Assembly (NCBI GenBank): GCA_017461665.1
Contig: JAFTXI010000046.1
Coordinates: 3,419 to 67,418 of the forward strand
From: Bacteroidales bacterium
Lineage (GTDB): Bacteria; Bacteroidota; Bacteroidia; Bacteroidales; F082
Direction: 5' to 3'
Length of the DNA: 64,000 nt
The first letter of the stretch is position 1, and every line of letters starts with the position of its first letter. The position numbers were made by a program, and so were the translations under genes. The notes under the pieces were generated by a model. That model had not been told where the DNA came from. It saw only the letters and a program-made list of their open reading frames with translations, and made no database searches. This document shows positions 21,083 to 31,402 of this stretch, in pieces.

Positions 21083-22099
21083 ATGAGACATTTAAAATCA
21101 ATTTTATTTCTTTCAACAGCGATGGTAATGGCTTCATGTACACAGAAGTCTACTGAACAACAAACAGTTGTCGTTGAAGAAGCTCCAAAAGTTACAGTAA
21201 CTAAAGTTCATGCAGAGAATGTTCCACAGTTAAGTACTTATCCAACAACGATAGAAGCAGACATTGTTAATAATATCACACCGCAATCGGCATCGCGTAT
21301 CAATGAGATTTTAGTTGAAGTCGGCGATCATGTCAAAGCAGGACAAAAACTCGCAACCATGGATGCCATCAATCTTGAAAAAGTAAGATTACAAGTTGCA
21401 AACGATTCCATTGAATATGGACGTACAAAAGAATTATACGAGATAGGTGCAGCATCACAATCCAATTTCGAAGCTATTACTCTTGCTTACGAAGTTTCAA
21501 AGAAAAGCTATGCCAACTTATTGGAAAACACAATCTTGACAAGTCCTATCAGCGGTATTGTCACAGCTCGTAACTACGATGAAGGTGATATGTACGCAAT
21601 GGCACAACCTCTTTTCGTAGTGCAAAACATTACTCCTGTCAAGATGTTGATTAACGTAAGTGAAAACAATTATTCAAGAGTTAAGAAAGGTATGGAAGTG
21701 GAATTGACAGCCGATGCTTATCCAGGCGAGATTTTCAATGGCAAAGTCAATTTGGTTTATCCAACCATCGACCCACGTTCACACACCTTCCCTGTTGAGA
21801 TTCTTGTGAATAACAAAGATGAGAAATTGCGTCCAGGTATGTTCGCAAGAGTTACAATTAATTATGGTACAAACTACCGCGTCGTTGTTCCAGACAATGC
21901 AGTTTTAAAGCAAGTTGGTGCTGATGATAAATATGTATATGTTTTGAATGAAGACAATACTGTTACATACACACCTGTTAAACTTGGTGTCAGAATGGGC
22001 GACAGATATGAAATCATCAGCGGCTTGGACGATGGCGCAACAATAGTAACAAGCGGACAAACAAGACTTAAAAACAACATTAAAGTTGACGTTAAATAA
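21083..22099 (+). CDS. efflux RND transporter periplasmic adaptor subunit
   Basis: Lipobox MASC. HlyD/MFP barrel-sandwich and beta-barrel segments. Confidence 0.88.
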   Translation: MRHLKSILFLSTAMVMASCTQKSTEQQTVVVEEAPKVTVTKVHAENVPQLSTYPTTIEADIVNNITPQSASRINEILVEVGDHVKAGQKLATMDAINLEKVRLQVANDSIEYGRTKELYEIGAASQSNFEAITLAYEVSKKSYANLLENTILTSPISGIVTARNYDEGDMYAMAQPLFVVQNITPVKMLINVSENNYSRVKKGMEVELTADAYPGEIFNGKVNLVYPTIDPRSHTFPVEILVNNKDEKLRPGMFARVTINYGTNYRVVVPDNAVLKQVGADDKYVYVLNEDNTVTYTPVKLGVRMGDRYEIISGLDDGATIVTSGQTRLKNNIKVDVK

Positions 22100-22107
22100 T
22101 ATAGGAA

Positions 22108-25100
22108 ATGAGTTTATACAGAACATCAGTAAATAAACCTGTCACAATAGCTCTTATCTTCGTAACAGTAGCTATCTTAGGTGTTTTTTCTCTCACCAAG
22201 TTGTCAACCAACTTATTCCCCGATATGGGAGAGAACACCATTTTGGTTGTGACATCATATTCGGGCGCAAGTGCTGCCGACATCGAGACTAACGTCACCA
22301 AACCTTTGGAAAACTCACTCAACAGCGTTAGTAACCTCAAACACCTTTCATCTACTTCAAAAGAAAACATCTCTGTTATCTCTTTAGAATTTGAATATGG
22401 TATAGACATCAACGAAGCCACCAACGACGTACGCGACAAACTTGACATGGTGACACAGATGCTCCCTGATGGCGTCAGCATTCCAACCATCTTCAAGTTC
22501 AGTATGGAAGATATGCCAATCATGTTGTTGTCGGCAACAGCAGAAGAGAGTCTTAGTGGTTTAGACAAGATACTGGATGACAAGGTAGCGACTCCATTGG
22601 CACGTGTTAACGGAGTTGGTACAATCTCAGTATCAGGTGCTCCAAAACGTGAAATTCAAGTCTTTGTCGACCCTGATAAATTGGCAGCTTACGGAATAAC
22701 AGTAGAATCAATATCTTCGACATTGGCTTATGAAAACCGTAACACACCGGCAGGTACTATTGACATCGGTTCAAACACTTACTCTGTACGTGTTGAAAAA
22801 GAATTTAAGTCGGCTGACGAGATGCTTAACGTAGTTGTCGGAACATTCAATAACGCTCCTATTTATTTGAGAGACGTTGCTACTGTTAACGACGGTGAAC
22901 AAGAACGTCTCCAAAAGACTTACAGCAACGGCAGACAAGGTGCTACAATCACAATTCAAAAACAAACCGACGCCAATACCGTACAAGTTATAAAAGGTAT
23001 AAAAAATGAACTTAAGAAAATCAAAAAGACTCTTCCTTCAGATATTGAAATCAATATCGTAGTAGATGGTTCTAAAAATATTATCGACACTATCAACTCA
23101 TTGAAAGACACAATTCTCATCACCTTCTTGTTGGTTATGCTCGTTGTGTTCGTTTTCTTGGGAAGATGGAGAGCTACAATCATCATCGTACTTTCTATCC
23201 CTATTTCTTTGGTTGCCTCAGTCATCTATCTCTTCGCTACAGGCAACACTTTGAACATTATCTCCATGAGTGCTTTGACAATCGCTATCGGTATGGTTGT
23301 TGACGACGCCATCGTTGTTTTGGAAAATATCTCCTCACATATCGACAGAGGTGCGAAACCTAAAGAGGCAGCCGTCCATGCAACGCAAGAAGTTTCCATC
23401 TCCGTTATAGCTTCAACTTTGACAATGCTTGCGGTGTTCTTACCTCTCACAATGGTTGACGGCATTATCGGTATCTTCTTCAAACAATTAGGTTGGATCG
23501 TAAGTATCATTATGATAGTATCAACATCAGCAGCTTTGACACTCGTTCCAATGATGTGTTCAAGAATGTTGAAACAAAATCCTAAAACGCACAAATGGCA
23601 TAAGATTATATTCACACCTATCGACAAAGCTCTCAACGGTTTAAGCAATGGCTACGGTCGCCTCATTAATTGGGCAGTAACTCATCGTAAATCAGTTGTG
23701 TTTATCGCATTGTTAGTCTTTGTTGTTACCATTGTCACAACAGTTCCAAACCTAAAGACAGAGTTCCTTCCATCAATGGACCAAGGTCGTCTTTCTGTAA
23801 GTATTGAACTTCCTGTAGGTACAGGTGAACGTATTACAGGTCAGCTCGCAGCTGAGTTGTCAGAAAAATACCAGACAGAAATACCTGAGATTCGCATGCT
23901 TAACTACAGCTATGGCGTCGCTGATGAAGACAATGCCTTTGCTTCTATGAACAACAACGGTACGCACATCATCTCAATGAACATCGACTTGGGTGGTAAA
24001 ACCGAAAGAGAAAGAAGCACTCAAGAGATAGCAGAATTTATTCGTAAAGATCTTAGAAACAATTCAATCATCAAGAAGTACAACGTAAGTGAAGGTATGG
24101 GTATGGGTAGCTCGGCTTCCGTTAAACTAGAGATCTACGGTTACGACTTCAACAATTCCGACAAGATCGCTTTCGCTTTGAGAGATAGTCTTCTCAACAC
24201 ACCTCAATATTCGCAAGTTCTCGTCAGCCGTGACGAATATACTCCTGAATATTATGTTGACTTCGACCGCGAGAAATTAAAACTCAATGGTATTGATATT
24301 ACAACAGCTTCAACGATGGTAAGAAACCGTATCAATGGTTCAATCATGACATTCTTCCGTGAAGACGGCGATGAATATAACATCCGCGTTCGTTATGCAC
24401 CTGAATTCCGTCAAAGCATTGAAGATATTGAAGACATCATGCTTTACGGCTCACAAGGTCAGTCTGTCAGAGTTAAAGACGTCGCGAAAGTCGTTGAAGG
24501 AATGACACCTCCAAAAATCGAACGTAAAGACCGTGAACGTGTTGTAACAGTAACCGGTATTCTCTCAAAAGGTTATGCTTTGAGTGAAGGTGTTGAGGTA
24601 GCACAATATTATATTGAAAAGGCTGAGATTCCTTCAGAATTTATGGTAAAGATTGCTGGTGACTACGAAAATCAACAGGATTCATTCTCCGGATTGTTCA
24701 CCTTATTGTTCTTAATCGTCATTTTGGTTTACGTCGTTATGGCATCACAGTTTGAGTCATTGCTCGACCCATTCGTCATTATGTTCTCAGTTCCATTCGC
24801 TATAGTCGGTGTTCTTATTGGTTTGGCAGTTCACGACATGGCATTAGGCGTCATGGCATTGATTGGTATCTTGATTCTCGTTGGTATCGTTGTTAAGAAC
24901 GGTATCGTTCTCATCGACTACACAATCTTGTGTCTCAACAGAGGTATGGATGTCAATACTGCCGTTGTTACAGCATCGCGTCAACGTCTGCGTCCTATCT
25001 TGATGACCACATTGACAACAGTTCTCGGTATGGTTCCTATGGCAATGGGTACAGGCGAAGGCGCTGAGATGTGGAACGGATTGGGTATAACAGTAGCATG

Positions 25101-25221
25101 GGGTTTGACAGTATCAACCTTGATTACTCTTGTCCTCATCCCTACCCTTTATGCGATCTTCGTTTCGAGAAGAGAAAAACGCAATGCTAATAAAAACACT
25201 CGTAAGGCATTAACAGATTAA
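22108..25221 (+). CDS. efflux RND transporter permease (AcrB family)
   Basis: 1037 aa with 12-TM AcrB architecture and conserved TM4 (VDDAIVVLENI) and TM10-11 segments. Confidence 0.93.
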   Translation: MSLYRTSVNKPVTIALIFVTVAILGVFSLTKLSTNLFPDMGENTILVVTSYSGASAADIETNVTKPLENSLNSVSNLKHLSSTSKENISVISLEFEYGIDINEATNDVRDKLDMVTQMLPDGVSIPTIFKFSMEDMPIMLLSATAEESLSGLDKILDDKVATPLARVNGVGTISVSGAPKREIQVFVDPDKLAAYGITVESISSTLAYENRNTPAGTIDIGSNTYSVRVEKEFKSADEMLNVVVGTFNNAPIYLRDVATVNDGEQERLQKTYSNGRQGATITIQKQTDANTVQVIKGIKNELKKIKKTLPSDIEINIVVDGSKNIIDTINSLKDTILITFLLVMLVVFVFLGRWRATIIIVLSIPISLVASVIYLFATGNTLNIISMSALTIAIGMVVDDAIVVLENISSHIDRGAKPKEAAVHATQEVSISVIASTLTMLAVFLPLTMVDGIIGIFFKQLGWIVSIIMIVSTSAALTLVPMMCSRMLKQNPKTHKWHKIIFTPIDKALNGLSNGYGRLINWAVTHRKSVVFIALLVFVVTIVTTVPNLKTEFLPSMDQGRLSVSIELPVGTGERITGQLAAELSEKYQTEIPEIRMLNYSYGVADEDNAFASMNNNGTHIISMNIDLGGKTERERSTQEIAEFIRKDLRNNSIIKKYNVSEGMGMGSSASVKLEIYGYDFNNSDKIAFALRDSLLNTPQYSQVLVSRDEYTPEYYVDFDREKLKLNGIDITTASTMVRNRINGSIMTFFREDGDEYNIRVRYAPEFRQSIEDIEDIMLYGSQGQSVRVKDVAKVVEGMTPPKIERKDRERVVTVTGILSKGYALSEGVEVAQYYIEKAEIPSEFMVKIAGDYENQQDSFSGLFTLLFLIVILVYVVMASQFESLLDPFVIMFSVPFAIVGVLIGLAVHDMALGVMALIGILILVGIVVKNGIVLIDYTILCLNRGMDVNTAVVTASRQRLRPILMTTLTTVLGMVPMAMGTGEGAEMWNGLGITVAWGLTVSTLITLVLIPTLYAIFVSRREKRNANKNTRKALTD

Positions 25222-25235
25222 AGAAAGGATTTATC

Positions 25236-25529
25236 ATGACTGGAATATTCATAGCTTATAATCAAGCATATTACGAAGAGATTATCGAGTTGTTGGAAAA
25301 CAATCACAGCAAAGGATTTACTCGATGGAATGAAATCAGCGGAAGAGGCAGTCGTGGTGGCGAGCCTCACATGGGAAGTCACACCTGGCCTACTTTCAAC
25401 GACGCGATATTGACTTTCGTTGAAGATGAATTCGTCGATGATGTTTTGAACGCACTTCACGAACTCGACATAAAGACTGAGGCCTTGGGATTAAGAGCCT
25501 TCAGCTGGAAAATCGATAAGACAATATAA
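25236..25529 (+). CDS. small transporter-associated protein (PG0541-like, PII-like fold family)
   Basis: 97-aa ORF 15 nt after the RND permease. The position and sequence (GFTRWNEISGRGSRGGEPHMGSHTWP) recall the PG0541 family. Confidence 0.55.
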   Translation: MTGIFIAYNQAYYEEIIELLENNHSKGFTRWNEISGRGSRGGEPHMGSHTWPTFNDAILTFVEDEFVDDVLNALHELDIKTEALGLRAFSWKIDKTI

Positions 25530-25544
25530 GTTGTCTAACGTATG

Positions 25545-25581
25545 TAAAAAAGCTGCTCTTTAATTAGGGCAGCTTTTTTTA
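25545..25581 (+). terminator. rho-independent terminator of the efflux operon
   Basis: aagctgc (25550-25556) pairs with gcagctt (25569-25575). It is preceded by an A-run and followed by a T7 run. Confidence 0.65.
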
Positions 25582-25604
25582 TATTTAGTTACAAATAAAA
25601 TAAA

Positions 25605-25633
25605 TAGAGACGCCATACTATATGACGTCTCTA
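25605..25633 (-). terminator. hairpin terminator downstream of gcvP
   Basis: tagagacg (25605-25612) pairs with cgtctcta (25626-25633). A T-rich tract follows on the minus strand. Confidence 0.5.
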
Positions 25634-25669
25634 CTAATATCTGTGTCAAATACGTGACAAGTCGTGAAC

Positions 25670-28528
25670 TTAGTCGATTCTGCAGCAGAGGTTTCTGTCG
25701 CCGAATGCGTCGTCGATTCTTGTTACGTGTGGGAAATATTTGTCTTGAACATCGCTCTTGTTAGGGAAGCCTGCTTCTGAACGTGTGAATGGGAATTCCC
25801 AGTTGTCAGCCATCAACATTTCTGCTGTGTATGGAGCATGTGAAATAACGTTATTACCTTTTTCAGCTTTACCACTTTCGATGTCAGCGATTTCTTGACG
25901 AATCTTAATCATAGCGTCAACGAAACGGTCTAACTCTGCCAATGGTTCGCTTTCTGTAGGTTCAACCATCAATGTTTCGTGAACAGGGAAAGCAACTGTT
26001 GGAGCGTGGAAACCGTAGTCCATTAGACGTTTAGCGATGTCAATAGCAGCAACGCCTGTAGCCTTGTTGATACCGTTGATGTCGAGAATCATTTCGTGAG
26101 CTACGTGACCGTTATTTCCGGTATAAAGAATTGGATAATAATCTTTCAATCTGTCTTTTAAATAGTTGGCATTCAAGATAGCCATCTTAGTAGCTTCTCT
26201 TAAACCTTCGCCGCCTAACATCTTGATATAAGCATAAGAGATGGTGAGGATTTGTGCGCTGCCGAATGGAGCTGCTGACACTGCACCGAGTTTCTCGTTA
26301 TATGTAGCGAGGTTGAGGTGTGTTGGTAAGAATGGTACTAAGTGAGCTGCAACGCCGATAGGACCAACGCCAGGACCGCCACCGCCGTGAGGGATAGCGA
26401 ATGTCTTGTGTAAGTTGAGGTGGCAAACGTCAGCGCCGATGAAGCCTGGGCATGTGAGACCAACTTGAGCGTTCATGTTAGCGCCGTCCATATAGACTTG
26501 ACCGCCATTGTCGTGAACTATCTTCATGAGGTCGCGAATGCCGTCTTCGTAGATACCGTGTGTTGAAGGATATGTAACCATGAATGCTGCGAGGCTGTCT
26601 TTGTATTGTTCTGCTTTCGCCTTAGCATCTTCCATGTCGATGTTACCGTTAGCATCGCATTTCACGACAACGACTTGCATACCTGCCATAGCAGCTGATG
26701 CAGGGTTTGTTCCGTGAGCAGAAGCAGGAATCAAGCAGATGTTACGATGACCTTGGCCCTTAGCTTCCTGGTAGCGACGTATTGTCAAAAGACCTGCGTA
26801 TTCGCCGCTTGCACCAGAGTTAGGCATGAACGACATACCAGCGAAGCCTGTGATTTCGCAGAGGTCTTTACCTAATTCGTTGATAAGTTCTAAGTAACCT
26901 TCAGCTTGCTCTTGTGGTACGAATGGGTGGATGTTAGCAAATTCTGGCCAGCTCAAAGCAAACATTGATGTTGCAGAGTTGAGTTTCATTGTACATGAGC
27001 CGAGAGGAATCATAGCACGGTTCAAACTTAAGTCGCGGTCTTCCAATTGTTTCATGTAACGCATCATGTCTGTCTCGCTACGATATTTGAAGAACACTGG
27101 TTCTTGTAAATAAGATGAAGCACGTTGCATATCAGCAGCGATACCGTTAAATGAAGCACATGCTGAAGGACAGCATACGAAGTCTTCGTGTTGTTTGCCT
27201 AGAACTTCACAAACGATAGCGACGATTTCGTTGACGTCGGCTAATGTTGTTGTTTCGTCTAAGCTGATACCGAAATGTTGTTTGTCGATGATACGGAAGT
27301 TCATCTTATGTTCGAGAGCCAACTCGTTGACTTTGCATGTGCAGAAGCCTTCTGGCAATTCGAAGTGTAATGTATCGAAGAATGAGTCGTTAAGTTGTTT
27401 AACGCCATATTTTTGCATCTCTTTATTTAAGACGAATGCTAACTTATTGATATGTCGAGCTATTTCTTTGATTCCATCCGGTCCGTGGTATATTGCGTAG
27501 AATCCTGACATGATACCAAGGAGAGCTTGAGCTGTACAGATGTTTGATGTAGCTTTTTCGCGTTTGATATGTTGTTCACGAGTTTGGAGAGCGAGACGGT
27601 AAGCTGGATTGCCGAGGGCGTCTTTTGAGATACCTATGATACGTCCTGGCATTTCGCGTTTGTAGGCATCTGTTGTTGCGAAGAAACCTGTATGAGGACC
27701 GCCGAATGCCATTGGCAAACCGAAGCGTTGGCTTGAACCGACGACAGCGTCAGCACCCCATTCTCCAGGAGGTGTGATGAGAGCAAGACTCATAAGGTCG
27801 GAAGCAACAGCTACTTGCATACCTTTTTCTTTCCATGCCTTAACTTCTTCACTGTAGTTGATGATGCGTCCGTATTGGTTTGGACATTGTACAAGAATAC
27901 CGAAAAATTCTTCATCTGCGCTGAAGTTCTTGACATCGTCAACAATAACTTCAATACCTAAGTGATAAGCTCTTGTCTTGATAACATCGATTGTGTGTGG
28001 GAACACGTCATTGGCTACGAAGAATTTGTTAACGCCAGCCTTTACCTGAGCGCGGCTGCGGCTGTGCCAGAACATCAACATTGCTTCAGAAGCTGAAGTG
28101 GCTTCGTCCAACAATGAAGCATTTGCCAAAGGCATTGCAGTCATGTCGCTGATAACTGTCTGATAGTTAAAAAGAGCTTCGAGACGACCTTGTGAAATCT
28201 CAGCTTGATATGGAGTGTATGATGTGTACCAACCCGGATTTTCGAGAATATTACGTGTGATGACACCTGGAGTGATGACATTGTAATATCCCATACCGAT
28301 GTAACTTCTATAAATCTTATTCTTTGCACCTAAAGCCTTAAGCTTGCCTGCACATTCATATTCGTTTAAACCTCTGCCGATATTCAAGCCTTCTGGGAGA
28401 CGAATATCAGAAGAAATAATCTCACCAATGAGTTGGTCTGTCGATTCAACGCCAATAACCTTGAGCATTTTTTCAACATCAGCTTCTGTAGGTCCATTGT
28501 GACGTTTAATGAAATTGTTGTTAATCAT
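25670..28528 (-). CDS. gcvP: glycine dehydrogenase (aminomethyl-transferring), glycine cleavage P protein
   Basis: 952-aa single-chain P protein with PLP-lysine context CHLNLHKTFAIPHGGGGPG. Confidence 0.95.
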   Translation of the reverse strand: MINNNFIKRHNGPTEADVEKMLKVIGVESTDQLIGEIISSDIRLPEGLNIGRGLNEYECAGKLKALGAKNKIYRSYIGMGYYNVITPGVITRNILENPGWYTSYTPYQAEISQGRLEALFNYQTVISDMTAMPLANASLLDEATSASEAMLMFWHSRSRAQVKAGVNKFFVANDVFPHTIDVIKTRAYHLGIEVIVDDVKNFSADEEFFGILVQCPNQYGRIINYSEEVKAWKEKGMQVAVASDLMSLALITPPGEWGADAVVGSSQRFGLPMAFGGPHTGFFATTDAYKREMPGRIIGISKDALGNPAYRLALQTREQHIKREKATSNICTAQALLGIMSGFYAIYHGPDGIKEIARHINKLAFVLNKEMQKYGVKQLNDSFFDTLHFELPEGFCTCKVNELALEHKMNFRIIDKQHFGISLDETTTLADVNEIVAIVCEVLGKQHEDFVCCPSACASFNGIAADMQRASSYLQEPVFFKYRSETDMMRYMKQLEDRDLSLNRAMIPLGSCTMKLNSATSMFALSWPEFANIHPFVPQEQAEGYLELINELGKDLCEITGFAGMSFMPNSGASGEYAGLLTIRRYQEAKGQGHRNICLIPASAHGTNPASAAMAGMQVVVVKCDANGNIDMEDAKAKAEQYKDSLAAFMVTYPSTHGIYEDGIRDLMKIVHDNGGQVYMDGANMNAQVGLTCPGFIGADVCHLNLHKTFAIPHGGGGPGVGPIGVAAHLVPFLPTHLNLATYNEKLGAVSAAPFGSAQILTISYAYIKMLGGEGLREATKMAILNANYLKDRLKDYYPILYTGNNGHVAHEMILDINGINKATGVAAIDIAKRLMDYGFHAPTVAFPVHETLMVEPTESEPLAELDRFVDAMIKIRQEIADIESGKAEKGNNVISHAPYTAEMLMADNWEFPFTRSEAGFPNKSDVQDKYFPHVTRIDDAFGDRNLCCRID

Positions 28529-28616
28529 ATTTTTATTATTTAATAAGTTATTTTATTCTTAAAACGCAAAGTTACTTTTTTTTTCTTATTAATCGCACAC
28601 ATACAACATATTTTTA

Positions 28617-28624
28617 TATTTTTG
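28617..28624 (+). promoter_or_regulatory. -7 promoter motif (tatttttg)
   Basis: TAnnTTTG 18 nt upstream of the ATG at 28642. Confidence 0.45.
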
Positions 28625-28641
28625 TAACAAATTATAAATGT

Positions 28642-29382
28642 ATGAAAAAATTAGCCTTATTTTTTGTTAGTGTGTTATTGCTAACAGCTTGCAGAAACAA
28701 AATTGAAGACAAATCTATTAAGTATGATGGTCCAAAAACTATTGACATTGTTTTGTTGGAAGAATTAAATCTTAACGCAACTTCTGATGATCTGATTAAT
28801 TATTATTCCGACAATGAACTTGTAGTTACTGTAACAAGCAATGGCGTTATCAAGGGAAAGAATGTTGGTGAAGCCAACGTTACAATCGCAAATTCTGAAA
28901 ATTCTATTACCCTTAAAGTTATCGTTTCTTTATTTGAAGAACCTACTTTTAATTTTGGAGCCTCAACGGACGAGATAAAAAATATCTATGGAGAACCAAG
29001 ATTTAACTATGGTGATTCAATATTCATCTACGGTAGTGGAAATGAATGGTATTCATACGCTGTATGGGAAATGGATTTCTTCTTTAGAAACGACGAATAT
29101 ATTGAAGCTGACCTCTATATCAGAGAAGATGTCAATACTCGTCTTAATCAATTTTTAACGGAAAACTATTTCGTAAAGGACACAATTTATGACACCATTG
29201 ACGACGTGTTAACTACATGTTATATATATTTGAATGAGAATAATCCAGATGAAGCAAATTTATTGTTAGGAAAATTGTTCCCAGCAGGTCGCTACGATGA
29301 CGTTTGCTTATTCTACACTGCTTACGATAATTCCGAAAAGAGATCTTTCAAAGACATTTATGAAAGAAATAGAAACAGATAA
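28642..29382 (+). CDS. lipoprotein with a bacterial Ig-like (Big_2-type) segment, unknown function
   Basis: Lipobox LLTAC. A segment with GKNVGEANVTI is typical of Big_2 domains. Confidence 0.5.
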   Translation: MKKLALFFVSVLLLTACRNKIEDKSIKYDGPKTIDIVLLEELNLNATSDDLINYYSDNELVVTVTSNGVIKGKNVGEANVTIANSENSITLKVIVSLFEEPTFNFGASTDEIKNIYGEPRFNYGDSIFIYGSGNEWYSYAVWEMDFFFRNDEYIEADLYIREDVNTRLNQFLTENYFVKDTIYDTIDDVLTTCYIYLNENNPDEANLLLGKLFPAGRYDDVCLFYTAYDNSEKRSFKDIYERNRNR

Positions 29383-29404
29383 GTTTCACACAACAATATC
29401 GCAA

Positions 29405-29448
29405 ATAAAATAAGGAGTCATTTTTGAAGTGACTCCTTATTTTATTTT
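29405..29448. terminator. bidirectional terminator
   Basis: aaggagtca (29412-29420) pairs with tgactcctt (29430-29438). It is flanked by A-rich and T-rich runs between convergent genes. Confidence 0.7.
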
Positions 29449-29450
29449 AA

Positions 29451-31268
29451 TCAATCGTTAGATTCTTCTCTCTTGTTCTGACGTTTGCGTTCTATTTCAT
29501 CCAAGATAATCTTTCTCAAACGCAAGCTCTTTGGTGTTATTTCAAGATATTCGTCGTCGCGTATCATTTCCATGTATTCTTCCAAGGAGAAGCGTTTTGG
29601 TGGGATAAGGACTATCTTCTCGTCTGAACCTGAAGCGCGGACGTTCGTGAGATGTTTGGTTTTATTGACATTAAGAACGATGTCGTTGGAACGCGTGTTC
29701 TCACCAATCACTTCACCTGCATACACTTCTTCGTTAGGCTGTACGAAAAACGCGCCTCTGTCTTGCAACTTCCATAATGCGTAAGGAACAGCGACACCGG
29801 TCTCCATCGCGATGAGGGCTCCTGTGTTACGACCTGCAATCTCACCTTTCCATGGTTCATAGTCTTTGAAACGCTGCGACATCACAGCCTCACCTTCTGT
29901 TGCAGTAAGCATGTTGCTTCTTAAGCCGATGAGTCCTCTCGATGGAATCTCAAAGTCTATGTTCATTCTGTCGCCCTTAGGTTGCATATTAATCATCTCG
30001 CCTTTCTTTGCAGAGACAAGCTCTATCACGCGACCAGCAAATTGCTCCGGTACTTGGACCGTCAACATCTCAATAGGTTCGCATTTCTTACCGTCGATTT
30101 CTTTAATGATAACTTTAGGCTGACCAATCTGAAATTCATAACCTTCACGACGCATCGTCTCAATAAGAATCGAGAGGTGAAGAATACCACGACCGAATAC
30201 CATCATAGAATCTGGCGACGCTGTGTCTTCAATTCGTAAAGCCAAGTTCTTTTCAAGTTCCTTATAAAGACGTTCACGAAGATGTCGTGAGGTGACGTAT
30301 TTACCTTCCTTACCAAAGAATGGCGAGTTGTTAATTGTAAACAACATACTCATCGTAGGTTCATCAACGTGAATTGGAGGAAGAGCTTCCGGATTTTCCA
30401 AATCGGCAACGGTATCGCCAATTTCAAAATCTTCAAGTCCCATAATAGCAACGATATCGCCAGCTTTGATTGGATTCTTAGTTCTTTCTTTTCCAAGACC
30501 TTCAAAGGTATATAATTCCTTAATAGTGTTCTTTCTTACTGAGCCATCACGTTTTACGAGAGAGACATTCATGCCAGCTTGAAGTATGCCGCGTTTCAAA
30601 CGACCGACAGCGATACGACCAACGTACGAGCTGTAATCTAAAGAAGTGATAAGCATTTGCGGAGTTCCTTCTTCATATTTGGCTTCTGGAATATGTTCCA
30701 AAATTGTATCTAAAAGATATGAAATGTCGGAAGTTGGTTTCTTATAATCGCTCGACATCCAGCCTTGCTTTGAAGAACCGAATACTGTCGGGAAGTCTAA
30801 CTGATCTTCGCTTGCTCCTAAATTAAACATCAAGTCGAAGACAGCCTCATGAGTCTCTTCTGGATAACAGTTTGGTTTGTCTACCTTATTAATAACTACT
30901 ATCGGCTTAAGACCTAACTGCAAAGCTTTTTCCAAGACAAAACGTGTTTGAGGCATCGGACCTTCAAAAGCATCGACAAGCAAGATGACGCCGTCTGCCA
31001 TGTTAAGGACGCGTTCTACCTCACCTCCAAAATCGGAGTGACCGGGAGTATCGATGATATTGATTTTTACTCCTTTATATCTGACAGAAACGTTTTTTGA
31101 TAAGATAGTGATTCCTCGTTCTCGTTCAAGATCGTTGTTATCCAATATCAAATCATTTGTTTCCTGATTGTCTCTAAACATCCTCGATTGGTACAAAATA
31201 CGATCTACCAAGGTCGTCTTGCCGTGGTCAACGTGAGCAATAATTGCAACATTACGAATACTATCCAT
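29451..31268 (-). CDS. typA: translational GTPase TypA/BipA
   Basis: G1 AHVDHGKTT, G3 DTPGHSDF, G4 NKVD. 605 aa with EF-G-like domains. Confidence 0.95.
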   Translation of the reverse strand: MDSIRNVAIIAHVDHGKTTLVDRILYQSRMFRDNQETNDLILDNNDLERERGITILSKNVSVRYKGVKINIIDTPGHSDFGGEVERVLNMADGVILLVDAFEGPMPQTRFVLEKALQLGLKPIVVINKVDKPNCYPEETHEAVFDLMFNLGASEDQLDFPTVFGSSKQGWMSSDYKKPTSDISYLLDTILEHIPEAKYEEGTPQMLITSLDYSSYVGRIAVGRLKRGILQAGMNVSLVKRDGSVRKNTIKELYTFEGLGKERTKNPIKAGDIVAIMGLEDFEIGDTVADLENPEALPPIHVDEPTMSMLFTINNSPFFGKEGKYVTSRHLRERLYKELEKNLALRIEDTASPDSMMVFGRGILHLSILIETMRREGYEFQIGQPKVIIKEIDGKKCEPIEMLTVQVPEQFAGRVIELVSAKKGEMINMQPKGDRMNIDFEIPSRGLIGLRSNMLTATEGEAVMSQRFKDYEPWKGEIAGRNTGALIAMETGVAVPYALWKLQDRGAFFVQPNEEVYAGEVIGENTRSNDIVLNVNKTKHLTNVRASGSDEKIVLIPPKRFSLEEYMEMIRDDEYLEITPKSLRLRKIILDEIERKRQNKREESND

Positions 31269-31402
31269 CTATTTCTATTTTATTGATATGATTGAAAATA
31301 AGGTCTTTTGCACTAAGAATTACAATTCTCGAAAAGACTTGCAAATTTACAAAAAAAGCCTTGACACAAAATATGTCTTTACATTATTTTATAAACATTA
31401 TT

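Noticed and set aside
22092-23648. Antisense ORFs of 163, 89 and 140 aa inside the RND permease gene
   Set aside because: They are fully embedded antisense to a confidently identified 1037-aa AcrB-family CDS. Their composition is low-complexity Ser/Leu/Thr-rich, typical of shadow ORFs.
28529-28641. A glycine riboswitch upstream of gcvP
   Set aside because: The 113-nt upstream region is almost pure A/T, with none of the GC-rich paired elements or conserved glycine-aptamer core. It also has to hold the divergent promoter of the gene at 28642.
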